Below, one piece after another: positions 10,834 to 24,941 of a DNA stretch of 64,000 nt. The position numbers and the translations under genes are program-made. The notes beneath the pieces are model-generated. The model ran no database searches, was not told where the DNA came from, and worked only from the letters and a program-made list of their open reading frames with translations. Every line of letters begins with the position of its first letter. Position 1 is the stretch's first letter. This DNA comes from Candidatus Hodarchaeaceae archaeon. Lineage in GTDB: Archaea; Hadarchaeota; Hadarchaeia; Hadarchaeales; Hadarchaeaceae. The stretch covers positions 74,991 to 138,990 of the forward strand of contig JASEGJ010000001.1 in assembly GCA_030018135.1 (NCBI GenBank). The letters are read 5' to 3'.

Positions 10834-11439
10834 TTATCTGGCGCCCTTCGCTATTCGCTCGGTTTCTTCCTTCCTCGCTATCGCAAAACTTTTCATGTCG
10901 TAGTTAGCGGCCATTATCAATTCCTCCGCAAGGCATTCCTCGATCGGCTTTTCGCTGTTGAATGATGCCGCAAATGCCCCCGCTGCCAAATTTTTGAGCG
11001 CCACATCGAGCCTCCTCTGGGGGGCGGAATCCACAGCAACGTGATAGGTGATCCCGCCGTAGCTTATCCTAGTTGTTTCCTCCCGCGGGGCGGTATTTTG
11101 TATCGCATCGACCAAAACTTGAATTGGATTCTTCTTCGCTCGCTGCTCGACAATTTCAAGGGCCTTGCGCACTATGTCGTGGGCCTTGTGTTTCTTGCCG
11201 CATGCCCCAGCCCCGCGGATGAATTTGCCTCCCAGTTTTCTGACGCCTGGACCAGAGCGCATCACTTTATTTATCAACCGCTCGACGATTGGGATCTCGG
11301 CCTTACCAAATTGCTTGTCCGCATGTCTTCCGCCAGCATGTAGAACTAAACTGGGTTGTAGACGAATATATCGCCCAAGTCCTCGGTCTTTTATCACGAT
11401 ATCATCCACTCGCCACTTTCCAAAATATTTAAGCTCCAT
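10834..11439 (-). CDS. rps7: 30S ribosomal protein S7 (uS7)
   Basis: 201 aa uS7-like; str operon position. Confidence 0.9.
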   Translation of the reverse strand: MELKYFGKWRVDDIVIKDRGLGRYIRLQPSLVLHAGGRHADKQFGKAEIPIVERLINKVMRSGPGVRKLGGKFIRGAGACGKKHKAHDIVRKALEIVEQRAKKNPIQVLVDAIQNTAPREETTRISYGGITYHVAVDSAPQRRLDVALKNLAAGAFAASFNSEKPIEECLAEELIMAANYDMKSFAIARKEETERIAKGAR

Positions 11440-11443
11440 GCCA

Positions 11444-11881
11444 TCACCGAGTCGGCTTCTCCTTGCGGCCCTTGACCAATTCCTTCAGCGAGACGCCATT
11501 TACTTTTACCACCTTGTATCGCACGCCGGGGATGTCCCCCTTTGCCCCTCCCTTCGCGCCCCCGATGCCCTCGACGACGACCTCATCGTGCTCGTCAATG
11601 AAACTGATCGCGCCATCCCCAGGGGCGAAAGCTGTGACCTGTCTCCCATTTTTGATGATTTGGACCCTCACGCATTTTCTAATCGCGGAGTTCGGTTGCT
11701 TTGCCTCGACCCCCACTTTCTCGAGAACGATGCCTCTGCCCTGCGGGGCCCCCTCCAAGGGGTCTGCCTTCTCGTCCAAGCGCAACACTCGGCGCTTGTA
11801 ATCGGCATCCTTCCACCTGAACCTCTGCCGCCTGTGGCTTATTTTCCGAGCCGCAAACTCGCCCCTAGAACCCTTGCTCAT
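11444..11881 (-). CDS. rps12: 30S ribosomal protein S12 (uS12)
   Basis: 145 aa; conserved uS12 C-terminal region. Confidence 0.9.
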   Translation of the reverse strand: MSKGSRGEFAARKISHRRQRFRWKDADYKRRVLRLDEKADPLEGAPQGRGIVLEKVGVEAKQPNSAIRKCVRVQIIKNGRQVTAFAPGDGAISFIDEHDEVVVEGIGGAKGGAKGDIPGVRYKVVKVNGVSLKELVKGRKEKPTR

Positions 11882-11928
11882 TTTACCACCAAGTCTTAGA
11901 TAGCACTTAACCTTGAAACCTTAAAAGC

Positions 11929-12357
11929 TCACGTTAGAAAAACATCCTGAATTCCGTGATGGCGGAGGGCAAGCATCTTTGCGCGCTGGATGTTCCTGCC
12001 GCCGCGACCGACCGCCAATCCTTTGTCTTTAGCCTCAACTTCTACAAATGCCAACTTCTTGCCCTCGCGCTCCACGATGCTGACCCCACTGATCTTTGCT
12101 GGAGCAAGAGCGTTTTTTATTAACTCTGCTGGATCATCCGAATATTCGACGACCTCAATGCTTTTGCCCAGTACCCGCTTGGCCTTTTGAACCCTGCTTC
12201 CTCCCTTGCCTATCGCCAGCCCTATGTCGCCCTGGTTCACTACAAGGATAAGCTTGCCCTCTTTTTCGAAAACCAAACAATCGCGCACGGTCGCACCAGT
12301 TAAGCTCTCAAACAACGCGATGTAGCGCATTTCATCCGCGCCGAGCTTGAAGCCCAT
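11929..12357 (-). CDS. nusA: archaeal NusA-like KH-domain transcription factor
   Basis: two KH motifs (IGKGGSRV, VGRGGRNI); conserved position between L30e and S12. Confidence 0.85.
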   Translation of the reverse strand: MGFKLGADEMRYIALFESLTGATVRDCLVFEKEGKLILVVNQGDIGLAIGKGGSRVQKAKRVLGKSIEVVEYSDDPAELIKNALAPAKISGVSIVEREGKKLAFVEVEAKDKGLAVGRGGRNIQRAKMLALRHHGIQDVFLT

Positions 12358-16473
<4,116 letters not shown>

Positions 16474-19400
16474 CTACGCCCTATCCCTCAGCCGCAAACG
16501 CGGTGACATGCACATCGACCGCAACTCGTCGATTAGCAATTTGAACGCATACGACATCTCCACGCCATATATCTCCGAGTCCTCATCGCACACCGGACAA
16601 TAAACCCGATCGCGGCGCTTATCGTGGACCGCAAAGTTACCGCATTTTCCACACACCAAGCCAGTGTACTTATCAGACCCCTCTAGAAGGCGCTCTTTTA
16701 ACAGCATCGCTGCGCCGTGTCCGATCAAACAATCGCGCTCCATCTCACCGAAACGCAGGCCGCCCTCACGGGCACGGCCCTCGGTCGGCTGATGCGTCAG
16801 GACCTGCATCGGTCCACGCGAACGAGCATGGAGCTTATCGGCCGCCATGTGATGTAGTTTTTGATAGTAACAAACACCGATAAAAATGTCAACCGTGATC
16901 AGCTCACCGGTTACGCCGCTATACATGACTTCCTTGCCCGTGTGTTTGAAACCGTGTTTTTGTAACATTTCACGCAGCTGCTCTTCATGCGTGCCCTCAA
17001 AAGTTGTGCCATCTATTCTCCGCCCAGCCATGGCGCCGACCTTGCCAGCTATCATCTCCAGCAACTGTCCAACTGACATGCGCGAAGGTATCGCATGTGG
17101 ATTTATGATAAGGTCGGGTACTATCCCGTCCTCGGTAAACGGCATATCCGCTCCATCGAGCACGATGCCTATCACCCCCTTTTGACCGTGCCTAGATGCA
17201 AACTTGTCGCCCACCTCTGGGACGCGCATATCGCGGACGCGGACGCGCGCGAGCTTGTTTCCGTCCACGGTCTCGCTCATGAGCACCATGTCGACAATGC
17301 CCTCCTCGCTCGGCCTAACCCTTATAGAACTTTCACGGCGCCCGTGCTCAACCGCGATGCCGAACTCATCCACCTCTTCGAGGAATCTTGGGGGGCTCGT
17401 CCTTCCGATCAAAACGTCCTCTCCGCGGACCTCGGACTCAACCTCAATTATGCCGTCCTCGCCTAGGTTGCGATACAGGCTTGCATCTGCATAACCCCTG
17501 ATCTCTTCGCTAGGGATCTCAAATTTGTCCTCTTGCCCGCCTGGGTAGCGACCTTCCTCCGCCTCGTAAAGCCTGAAGAATGTCGAGCGGCCTAGACCGC
17601 GGTCGATCGAATTCCTGTTGATTATCAATGCATCCTCCATATTGTAGCCGCCGTACGACATAATCGCAACTACCAAATTTTGTCCAGCTGGCCTACGATC
17701 GAATCCTACTTTATCCATGATCTTTGTCCGGACCAAGGAGGTTTGTGGGTAGTGTAGAAAATGAGCGCGGGTATCGACGCGTTTCTGAAAATTCGTGGAC
17801 GTCAAGCCAAGCGCCTGCTTCGCCATGTTGGCACCGTAGGTGTTGCGCGGCGACTGATTATTCTCCGCATACGGAATCAACGCTGCACTTACCCCGAGGA
17901 TCGCGAGCGGGTTGAGTTCTAGGTGAGTATGCTCGGGCGTTAAGGTCTTCGGCGAAACTGCGATGTATGAATTTTCTTCCTCCTCTGCGTCGAGGTACTC
18001 AATTATCCCGCCACTAATCAAATCCGACCATGTGAGTTCGCCAGCCTTGACCTTTTCTATATGCTCCGGTGTCAAGAGCGGCTTTCCGCCCGCCACTACG
18101 ATCAAAGGCCTGCGAACACGGCCGGAGTCGGTGTTGATCACCACTTCATTTGTGTCCTCCTTATAGGCGATGTTCACCTGCTCATCAATGCTGCCCTTGC
18201 GCCGGTACTGCCTCAGCTCTGCTGCTAATACTTGTCCGTTTTCCGTCACCCCGATCAGACGTCCATTGATGTAAACGCTGACCTTGCCTCGGCGCTCGCT
18301 TCCTTTCTGCACCTTCATAACGCCTAGCTTGTACAAAATGCGTTCAACCTTCTCCTCGTCCGTACCAGTTGATATCCCCGCAAGCAGGGCGAGATTTTTT
18401 ACCAACCCGCAGTTCGGACCTTCTGGGGTCTCACACGGACAAATTTTGCCCCAGTGGGTCGGGTGCAGGTCGCGGGCCTCGAAATGCGGTTGACTGCGGC
18501 TTAGCGGCGATACCACGCGACGCAGGTGTGATATGGTGGCGATGTAATTCGTGCGGTCCAGCAGTTGACTAACTCCAGTCCGTCCGCCCGGCCAATTGCC
18601 AGTAGCCAATGCGTGCCTGATCCGCTCCGTGAGTACATCGGCTCGTGCTGCGGTTTTTATATTGGGCTCCCGGCCGCGCGCGTTAGCGCGCTCAAGCTGA
18701 TACTTGATATCGCGGGTTAGGTTGATGAAAGCCAATCTAAACACATTCTCAAGCAAATCGCCGGCCAGCTTCAAGCGCTTGTTGGCATAGTGGTCTTTAT
18801 CGTCAACACTGCGCCGCCCCAACGCTAATTCAATTACCCGCTCCGCCATGCGGCCGAGGTAATGGGCCTTGTAAACGCGATCGGCTGGGCGTGAACCGAT
18901 GTGCGGGAGTAGATATCTATCCAGAACCTCTTGGGCGCGGTGTAGCCGGTACTCCTTAGTCTGCCCAATCGCAACCCTTCGGCCAATCAGATCAAGCGCC
19001 TCTTCCCTCGACTTTACCTCTACCGCCTCCTGCAAATTTTCAAAGAGTTCTTTGGCGATTTCAGGGTCGTCTGAAACCGCATCAACTATTTCGCGATCGC
19101 TCTCGAGCCCGAGCGCGCGCATTAACACCACAAATGGTACATGACCCGGCAGGGCGGGGAAGGAGACGCGTAACAGGCCATCCTTCTTGCGCTCAACGAT
19201 AACCAGTGCTCGAAACCCGTGATGGGTTGAGAATACCTTTGCCACCTCGGTTGCCGTGCGTTCATCGCGTTCTACCAAAATCAGGTTTGATGCCAAGTCC
19301 TCCTGCGTGACGATCACGCGCTCAGAGCCGTTGACTATAAAATAGCCGCCAGGGTCGAGCGGATCCTCACCAGCTGCGATCAACTCCTCCTCGCTCATCT

Positions 19401-19785
19401 TGCTCAACGCGCAGAGCTTCGACTTCAACATCACGGGCATCTCGCCGATATTAACATCAGCTGGCTCGCGCTCGTGTCCCTTGACGACGGGAATCATTTC
19501 CAAGTAAATTGGCGCGGAATACGAAAGATTGCGTAGCCTCGCCTCGTTCGGCAATATTTGCGGGCGTGAACCATCCGCCTCTTTGACCCTTGGTTTTTCG
19601 AGCCTTATCCTGCCAAACTTGATGTAAAGCCCTTCTATCTCAAGCTCGATGCCTCCGGCCTCATCGATTATTTGTTGGAGTTTGTGCTCGATGAAATCAT
19701 TATATGAATCCAAGTGTTGTCTCACGAGCCCCTTTTCCTTGAAGAAAGCTTCAAGCAGGGGCCATGTATCCCACGTTGCTTGCAA
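16474..19785 (-). CDS. rpoB: DNA-directed RNA polymerase subunit B (unsplit B'/B'')
   Basis: 1103 aa single ORF with C-terminal zinc motif CGKCG...CPVC. Confidence 0.95.
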   Translation of the reverse strand: MQATWDTWPLLEAFFKEKGLVRQHLDSYNDFIEHKLQQIIDEAGGIELEIEGLYIKFGRIRLEKPRVKEADGSRPQILPNEARLRNLSYSAPIYLEMIPVVKGHEREPADVNIGEMPVMLKSKLCALSKMSEEELIAAGEDPLDPGGYFIVNGSERVIVTQEDLASNLILVERDERTATEVAKVFSTHHGFRALVIVERKKDGLLRVSFPALPGHVPFVVLMRALGLESDREIVDAVSDDPEIAKELFENLQEAVEVKSREEALDLIGRRVAIGQTKEYRLHRAQEVLDRYLLPHIGSRPADRVYKAHYLGRMAERVIELALGRRSVDDKDHYANKRLKLAGDLLENVFRLAFINLTRDIKYQLERANARGREPNIKTAARADVLTERIRHALATGNWPGGRTGVSQLLDRTNYIATISHLRRVVSPLSRSQPHFEARDLHPTHWGKICPCETPEGPNCGLVKNLALLAGISTGTDEEKVERILYKLGVMKVQKGSERRGKVSVYINGRLIGVTENGQVLAAELRQYRRKGSIDEQVNIAYKEDTNEVVINTDSGRVRRPLIVVAGGKPLLTPEHIEKVKAGELTWSDLISGGIIEYLDAEEEENSYIAVSPKTLTPEHTHLELNPLAILGVSAALIPYAENNQSPRNTYGANMAKQALGLTSTNFQKRVDTRAHFLHYPQTSLVRTKIMDKVGFDRRPAGQNLVVAIMSYGGYNMEDALIINRNSIDRGLGRSTFFRLYEAEEGRYPGGQEDKFEIPSEEIRGYADASLYRNLGEDGIIEVESEVRGEDVLIGRTSPPRFLEEVDEFGIAVEHGRRESSIRVRPSEEGIVDMVLMSETVDGNKLARVRVRDMRVPEVGDKFASRHGQKGVIGIVLDGADMPFTEDGIVPDLIINPHAIPSRMSVGQLLEMIAGKVGAMAGRRIDGTTFEGTHEEQLREMLQKHGFKHTGKEVMYSGVTGELITVDIFIGVCYYQKLHHMAADKLHARSRGPMQVLTHQPTEGRAREGGLRFGEMERDCLIGHGAAMLLKERLLEGSDKYTGLVCGKCGNFAVHDKRRDRVYCPVCDEDSEIYGVEMSYAFKLLIDELRSMCMSPRLRLRDRA

Positions 19786-19795
19786 TTTATCCCCC

Positions 19796-20035
19796 CTACC
19801 CTTCCGTTACGTATCTGTAAATTATGGCCTTTCCGGCGGTTAAGCTATCGCGCGTGATTTTAACGATATCCCCTAGCTTGGCTCCGATGGCCTTAGCTAC
19901 CGGATCTGATGCCTTGACCAATGGAAGTTGATGGGGCGAGACCCTAAACTTTTCGAGGATCTCACGCGCTTTCTCGGGCGGCATCACTTCATGTTTCGGC
20001 ACGAGCACATGCCTTCTTACGTCGAACTCTACCAT
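19796..20035 (-). CDS. rpoH: DNA-directed RNA polymerase subunit H (Rpb5 homolog)
   Basis: 79 aa, immediately upstream of rpoB. Confidence 0.85.
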   Translation of the reverse strand: MVEFDVRRHVLVPKHEVMPPEKAREILEKFRVSPHQLPLVKASDPVAKAIGAKLGDIVKITRDSLTAGKAIIYRYVTEG

Positions 20036-20072
20036 CCCGCTCCCCCAATAGTGACAACCACGTCCTCCGCAA

Positions 20073-20147
20073 CGGGCCCGGAGGGATTCGAACCCTCGAC
20101 TCCCGGCTTAAAAGGCCGGTGCGCTAGCCAGACTGCGCCACGGGCCC
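20073..20147 (-). tRNA. tRNA-Lys(TTT), no intron, CCA not encoded
   Basis: perfect cloverleaf: GGGCCCG acceptor, D-stem GCGC, anticodon stem CCGGC/GCCGG with loop CTTTTAA, T-loop TTCGAAT. Confidence 0.85.
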
Positions 20148-20246
20148 CACATAGGTAGGAAATGGCTGAAAACTTTTTGTATTTATTTTTTTCGTCATTT
20201 TAAATTCATCACCCCCTGATTTAAGGCTTTCGAGTTTTAAAAAGGA

Positions 20247-20349
20247 GGCGCCCCGGGCGGGATTTGAACCCGCGTCGCCGGCTCGACAGGCCGACATGAT
20301 TGGCCTTCGGGCTCAAAGCTCGAATTAGACCCGACTACACTACCGGGGC
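20247..20349 (-). tRNA. atypical tRNA gene with about 28 extra nt (non-canonical intron(s)); candidate Asp(GTC), isotype unresolved
   Basis: canonical acceptor GCCCCGG/CCGGGGC, T-arm GCGGG-TTCAAAT-CCCGC, U8, A14, G18G19; a clean anticodon arm TCGGC-CTGTCGA-GCCGG lies just 5' of a 4-nt variable loop, but the 5' half carries the extra nt. Confidence 0.5.
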
Positions 20350-20409
20350 ACCGAGTTATTTCTCACCACGGTAGTTATCTGTTTTCCCCCTTTAACTTGA
20401 CGGCTTCGG

Positions 20410-21093
20410 TCACCCAAAAACCTTTAGAATATTCGGGTCGGTAAGGTCCTCGAACAGGTGGTCGGGCTTGTGTTTCATCAATTCCTCCTTTGAGTGAAAG
20501 CCCGTCGCCACCGCGATGGTCATGGCATCATGGGGCTTGCCGCACTCGATATCGTGAGTTGAATCTCCCACTATCACCAAATCCTTCGCTAGAAACTCCC
20601 TGCCGAATCTATATTTTGCCTCCGCCATCGCTTTTCCCACCAGCTCGGCCCTGTCCTTCGCCCCTGAGCCATAGACAAATAAATCAAAATATCCCTCAAG
20701 CCCACTTCCCCTCAAGATGCCCTGCGTTATCCCCTCCGTATTCCCCGTCAATACGCCCAAGCGATGGCCTCTCTTCTTGAGGTTTGCCAGCAGCTCCCTC
20801 ACGCCCGGCAGAACCTTCACTTTCCCCTCTGCGGCGGATTCTTGGAAAAAGGCCTCCAATTTCCTTACGGCGTCTGCCAATTTCCGTTTTACCTCCTTTT
20901 TGGGAATCCCTTTGAGCCCCGCTATTTCCTCAATTATGTTTGGGGTTATCTTTCCCCAAAATTCTATGTCGGTCAGCTTGGCGTTTACGCCGAATACCTC
21001 CCCGAACATCCTTTCGTATGCAACTTCATGGTGAGGTAGCGCATCCACCAGGGTTTGATCCACATCGAACAGGATCAGCTTCATCAAATCCAC
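20410..21093 (-). CDS. HAD-superfamily hydrolase (phosphatase / beta-phosphoglucomutase-like subfamily IA)
   Basis: LILFDVDQTL motif I, HAD motifs II-IV (LTGN, GDSTHD). Confidence 0.75.
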   Translation of the reverse strand: MDLMKLILFDVDQTLVDALPHHEVAYERMFGEVFGVNAKLTDIEFWGKITPNIIEEIAGLKGIPKKEVKRKLADAVRKLEAFFQESAAEGKVKVLPGVRELLANLKKRGHRLGVLTGNTEGITQGILRGSGLEGYFDLFVYGSGAKDRAELVGKAMAEAKYRFGREFLAKDLVIVGDSTHDIECGKPHDAMTIAVATGFHSKEELMKHKPDHLFEDLTDPNILKVFG

Positions 21094-21148
21094 ATAACCC
21101 TACGCCCCGGTTAATAAGGCCTTTGAACTTTGAGCTTGAGCGAAAAGT

Positions 21149-21273
21149 GGGCTGGCAGCGTCCTAGGGCTCCCGCACCCTCTCGGAGTGCAGTACTGCCT
21201 AGATCGCTGGCGGGCTTATCTTCGGCGTTCGGAATGAGAGCCGGAGTTTCCCCGTCGCTATGGCCGCCAACCC
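21149..21273 (-). rRNA. rrf: 5S ribosomal RNA, stand-alone
   Basis: minus-strand sequence GGGTTGGCGGCCATAGCGACGGGGAAACTCCGG...TCATTCCGAACGCCGAAGATAAGCCCGCCAGCG...GTACTGCACTCCGAGAGGGTGCGGGAGCCC...GCTGCCAGCCC matches conserved 5S blocks (helix I end pairing, loop C CCGAAC, loop E AGTACTG). Confidence 0.8.
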
Positions 21274-21380
21274 ATCAAAATTTGGCCCTTATGCTTATAA
21301 AAGGATGAGTAATCCGCAAACGACAATTTTGCAAAATACCCTGTTCGCTGCCGATCCTTGTTGGAACAAAAAGCTTGTGA

Positions 21381-21513
21381 TGGTCCCGCGGGCCGGATTT
21401 TCAGTGGCTCTGCCACGTTTGAACCGGCGACATGTCGGTACCTATCTTTTGGGTCTTTGGCCCGCCTCACGGCGAACAGCCGACCACTCTAACCAGGCTG
21501 AGTTACCGCGGGG
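21381..21513 (-). tRNA. tRNA gene with two putative introns (after anticodon region and in T-loop at 59/60), encoded CCA; anticodon probably GTT (Asn), uncertain
   Basis: acceptor CCCGCGG/CCGCGGG + A + CCA; D-arm ACTC-AGCCTGGTTA-GAGT; anticodon stem GTCGG...CCGAC separated by about 35 nt; T-stem GCCGG/CCGGC with TTCAAA-[20 nt hairpin GTGGC..GCCAC]-T. Confidence 0.5.
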
Positions 21514-21549
21514 ACCGAGTAAAGTTAGGATTTTCAAATTCTTAAACCT

Positions 21550-22656
21550 TCAGAAAAAATCATGTAACCTTCGAATCGCATCGAGCTTTTCCCTTCGCTC
21601 GAGCTTAGCGCCATCGAGCGCTCTCTCTAAAATTTCGGTGGTTCGCTGATACGTCGCCTTGTCGACGGGATAGGGCACGCCGTCCTTGCCCCCGTGCGCG
21701 AAGCTAAAACGAATGGGATCCCGCCAAGAGGGCGGCTTGCCGTAAATCAGGTCCGAAACCAAGGCCAAGGCCCTTATCGTCTTCGGCCCTATTCCCTGGA
21801 TGGCGACCAGTTCCTCGTAATTTGAAGGCTGTAGCTCATAAGCACGCTGCAGCGCGGCCATTGTCCGCTCGGTCAACTCTGTAATTCCGTGCTGAGTTGG
21901 CATGATGAGGGTTAGAACTTGAGGCGAGCGCGCTAGGTATTCATCGAGCGACCGCTGTTCTGCCTCTCGAACGTAAACTACTACCCGCCTCGGATCGTCG
22001 CGCACGAGATCTAAACTGGCCTTTCTCGTTTCCTCGCTCTCATGCGCAGTCATATCAAGCACGAGGTCTTCTCTACGATCTCCAGCGATGCCCGAGTGCG
22101 GCTCCTCGACGAAGCTGCGGACGCCCTCGGAGAGCCAGTGATAGCGCCTCGCCAGCCTATCGTGCATACCCTGTTGCACGACCGCCCAGTCGCCGTCCTC
22201 GCTGAGCACGAAGCAGTGATGGTAGAGCTGGTAGCCGTCCTGCACGCATGCGTTGTCCACCTTGGCCGCCATCCGGCTAGCGTATTTTAGTCTCTCAATC
22301 TTTTGAGAGGATATGGAAAAGACATCGCCGAGCTTCTCTATCTCGCTGGGGGTTCGCCTCGAGACCCTACCCTTCCCCCCGCACACCGCGATGCCCAGCT
22401 CATCCGGCCTTATCGCCTCCTTCAGCGCGCCCATTGTAACGGTGCTCAGTCCCGATGAATGCCAATCATATCCTAACACACAACCAAATGCTTGAAGGAA
22501 AAAAGGGTCGCCCAACCTCCGGAGGAACTCTTGCTTACCGTACTCGTGGACGATAATTTTACTTGTAGCTCCAGCTAGCCTTCTCATTCGGCTGAAAAGC
22601 CACGGGGGGCACCTGCCACCATGCAACGGCAGCTCAGCGATGCCGGTCCTTTTCAT
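21550..22656 (-). CDS. conserved hypothetical protein with C-terminal helix-hairpin-helix (DUF763-like)
   Basis: 368 aa; C-terminal VAIQGIGPKTIRAL HhH motif; family assignment from memory only. Confidence 0.45.
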   Translation of the reverse strand: MKRTGIAELPLHGGRCPPWLFSRMRRLAGATSKIIVHEYGKQEFLRRLGDPFFLQAFGCVLGYDWHSSGLSTVTMGALKEAIRPDELGIAVCGGKGRVSRRTPSEIEKLGDVFSISSQKIERLKYASRMAAKVDNACVQDGYQLYHHCFVLSEDGDWAVVQQGMHDRLARRYHWLSEGVRSFVEEPHSGIAGDRREDLVLDMTAHESEETRKASLDLVRDDPRRVVVYVREAEQRSLDEYLARSPQVLTLIMPTQHGITELTERTMAALQRAYELQPSNYEELVAIQGIGPKTIRALALVSDLIYGKPPSWRDPIRFSFAHGGKDGVPYPVDKATYQRTTEILERALDGAKLERREKLDAIRRLHDFF

Positions 22657-22717
22657 CGTAATCGGTTAAATTTTGATTTTTTGAAGGTAAAAGTATCGCA
22701 CTCAATCGGAAAGTCAA

Positions 22718-22789
22718 ATGTCTTACGTAAGACATCCTAACCCGCTTAGAACGCACCTGATGTAAAACAAGATGTCTGAGTTAGGACAT
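22718..22789. promoter_or_regulatory. two 5-8-5 inverted repeats ATGTC-N8-GACAT (22718-22735 and 22772-22789) in promoter region of the DUF763-like gene
   Basis: ATGTCTTACGTAAGACAT (perfect 18-bp palindrome) and ATGTCTGAGTTAGGACAT, 62-133 bp upstream of the minus-strand ATG at 22656. Confidence 0.4.
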
Positions 22790-22867
22790 CGTGGCCACGA
22801 TTTGGGAACCTACCCCAAAGTAACCCGGCCGAAGAATTTGGCCGAAATGCGGATTTGCCGCCGTCAG

Positions 22868-23092
22868 TCATTTCGTCAGGTAGTAGCCCGCTGCCTTCTG
22901 CCGCGCGACCCTCTTTGCAAAGCCCTTCGCCACGAGCTCCATCAAGGCGTTGTTAGTCATGCCCTTCGGCAGGCCGCTTGCGCGCATGACATCGTCCGCC
23001 GTCTTGAGCGCGTCCGGGCTGGTCGAGCCGAGCTTCTTCAACGCATCGTACACCTTCTTGCCAGCAGGCGTCAGGTCCGCCATTCTTTTCAC
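22868..23092 (-). CDS. small (74 aa) putative winged-helix DNA-binding protein
   Basis: short basic ORF directly upstream of the palindrome-bearing promoter; weak similarity to HTH regulators. Confidence 0.35.
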   Translation of the reverse strand: MKRMADLTPAGKKVYDALKKLGSTSPDALKTADDVMRASGLPKGMTNNALMELVAKGFAKRVARQKAAGYYLTK

Positions 23093-23113
23093 CCAATTTT
23101 CGCTCCTTTTTTG

Positions 23114-23962
23114 TCAGCGCTTGGGTTTAAAACCCTTACCTACTCGAATCTCCAAGCTCATATCCATGGCTGGCGCCCTAAACGTCATGTAGCTGGAGGA
23201 TAATATGTCCACGCCTGTCGCTGCATACTTTGCCACGTTCGCTAAATCAAGCTCGCCGGAGGCCTCGAGCAGCACGCGCTCGCGCAACCCTCGCTCGATC
23301 AACAGCCGCACCGCGCGCTTTATCTCGGCTGGTGTCATGTTGTCGAACATTAAGATGTCTGCTCCTGCCTCCGCTGCCTTGGGTGCATCCCCTGGCTTTC
23401 TCACCTCGATTTCAACCTTCTTCGAAAAGCTAGCACTGCGCGCCCGGCGGATGGCCTCGGCAACTCCGCCGGCGAGCTTGACATGGTTGTCCTTGATCAA
23501 CACACAGTCGTCCAACCTGAATCTGTGGGTATCGCCGCCGCCGAGCCTCACCGCACGTTTGTCGAAGTAGCTGAGCAACGGCATGACCTTGCGGGTCGCG
23601 GCGAGTATGATGTCCGGCTTGACCCGGCGAGCCTTTTCGAGCATTTCGCTGGTCGAGGTCGCCACCCCGCTCATTCGCATCAGTAAGTTCAACGCCGTTC
23701 GCTCGGCAACCAAGATGGATCGGGCTGGGCCCTCCAACTTCATCACGACATCACCGGGTTTGATTGGTTTTCCATCGGATTCCATGGCCTTTATGAGCAC
23801 GCCGACCTCCTCGAAAGCTAGGGCCGCCTCAACCACGCCTGCGAGTATCCCATGTTGCTTCGCAACAATTTCAGCGGTGACCACCGCTTCAGGCGGCACG
23901 ACGGTTTCGGTGGTTATGTCCCCGAAGCCTATATCCTCGGCCAACATCTTCCTAATTTTCAT
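23114..23962 (-). CDS. nadC: nicotinate-nucleotide pyrophosphorylase (quinolinate phosphoribosyltransferase)
   Basis: QPRTase motifs (ILMFDNM); start at internal Met to avoid overlap with nadA. Confidence 0.85.
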   Translation of the reverse strand: MKIRKMLAEDIGFGDITTETVVPPEAVVTAEIVAKQHGILAGVVEAALAFEEVGVLIKAMESDGKPIKPGDVVMKLEGPARSILVAERTALNLLMRMSGVATSTSEMLEKARRVKPDIILAATRKVMPLLSYFDKRAVRLGGGDTHRFRLDDCVLIKDNHVKLAGGVAEAIRRARSASFSKKVEIEVRKPGDAPKAAEAGADILMFDNMTPAEIKRAVRLLIERGLRERVLLEASGELDLANVAKYAATGVDILSSSYMTFRAPAMDMSLEIRVGKGFKPKR

Positions 23963-23975
23963 CTTCGCGAGTACA

Positions 23976-24908
23976 TTAGTCACGCGTTGCCCTCCCGGAT
24001 AACTCAAGCATGCGCTCGATCGCCCCACGGGCGCGATCTGCCAATTTTGGTGGCACGTGCACCTCATTTTTCCTATCTCTAAGGGCTAGGTAAACCTTTT
24101 GCAGGGTATGCTTTTTCATCTGCTCGCAAATCGCGGAGTTGAGCGCGGGCATGAACTCCTTGTCCGGATTTTCGCGCCTTAGCCGCTCGAGCATCCCAAC
24201 CTCAGTTCCGATGATAAATCGCTTGGCTGGCGACGCCCTCGCGCGAAGGAGCATTTGGCTAGTACTGCAGATATGCGTGGCGAGCTGCTGAACCTCGGGG
24301 TCGCATTCGGGGTGGACAATTACCTCGCCGTCAGGATATTTTTCCTTCAGCAGGGCGATGTCGGCGGGCGTGAACATCTTGTGTACGTAGCAATGGCCAT
24401 TTTCCGGGATCGGCACGATCGTCTTGTCCGTGCGACGCTGGGTGAACCAAGCTAGATTGCGATCCGGCCCGAACAAAATTTTTTCCTCGTCGAGCCCATC
24501 CACCACCTGCGGTGCGTTTGCGGAGGTGCAAGCAATATCCGCCTCCGCCTTTGCCTCGGCGAGGGTATTCACATACAACACCACGGCCGCCTGTGGATGT
24601 TTTTTCCTTGCCTCCCGTACCGCACTTGCCGGAAGCTGCGCCGCCATCGGGCACCTCGCCCTTGGATCTGGAATTAATACTGTTTTATCTGGGTTCAGCA
24701 GAGCCGCCGTCTCGGCCATAAAATTCACGCCGCAAAGCAGGATCAAGTCGGCATCCACCTTCGCCGAATACCTCGCCAGGTCCAACGAGTCCCCTATGTA
24801 ATCCGCGATGAGTTGAATCTCGGGGCGTTGATAGTTGTGCGCAAGGATGGCCGCACCCCTCCTCTCCTTCAGCTCCGCTATCCTGCGGTTCAACTCTGCG
24901 ATGTCCAT
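23976..24908 (-). CDS. nadA: quinolinate synthase A
   Basis: 310 aa, AILAHNYQ, FMAETA, three-Cys cluster pattern of NadA. Confidence 0.9.
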   Translation of the reverse strand: MDIAELNRRIAELKERRGAAILAHNYQRPEIQLIADYIGDSLDLARYSAKVDADLILLCGVNFMAETAALLNPDKTVLIPDPRARCPMAAQLPASAVREARKKHPQAAVVLYVNTLAEAKAEADIACTSANAPQVVDGLDEEKILFGPDRNLAWFTQRRTDKTIVPIPENGHCYVHKMFTPADIALLKEKYPDGEVIVHPECDPEVQQLATHICSTSQMLLRARASPAKRFIIGTEVGMLERLRRENPDKEFMPALNSAICEQMKKHTLQKVYLALRDRKNEVHVPPKLADRARGAIERMLELSGRATRD

Positions 24909-24941
24909 CTAAATCCCCAGCAACAGCTTTCGGCGGGCAAA

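Noticed and set aside
20247-20349. tRNA-Sec (selenocysteine)
   Set aside because: Acceptor stem is only 7 bp (8th pair T-C mismatched), no 6-bp D-stem, and candidate anticodon is not TCA in a U33 context.
21100-21380. SRP RNA or RNase P RNA in the gap downstream of the HAD gene
   Set aside because: Neither the SRP helix-8 GGAAGCAG motif nor the RNase P CR-I (AGGAAAGTCCGGGCTCC) is present. Reverse-complement reading shows clear 5S rRNA blocks instead (called at 21149-21273).
22772-23203. 143-aa plus-strand ORF
   Set aside because: Overlaps the operator region, the small wHTH gene and the nadC 3' end on the opposite strand; no recognisable domain.
24331-24654. 107-aa Gly/Arg-rich minus-strand ORF and other small ORFs inside nadA, rpoB, rpoA and tuf
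   Set aside because: Low-complexity antisense or out-of-frame ORFs within strongly supported genes, typical of high-GC sequence.
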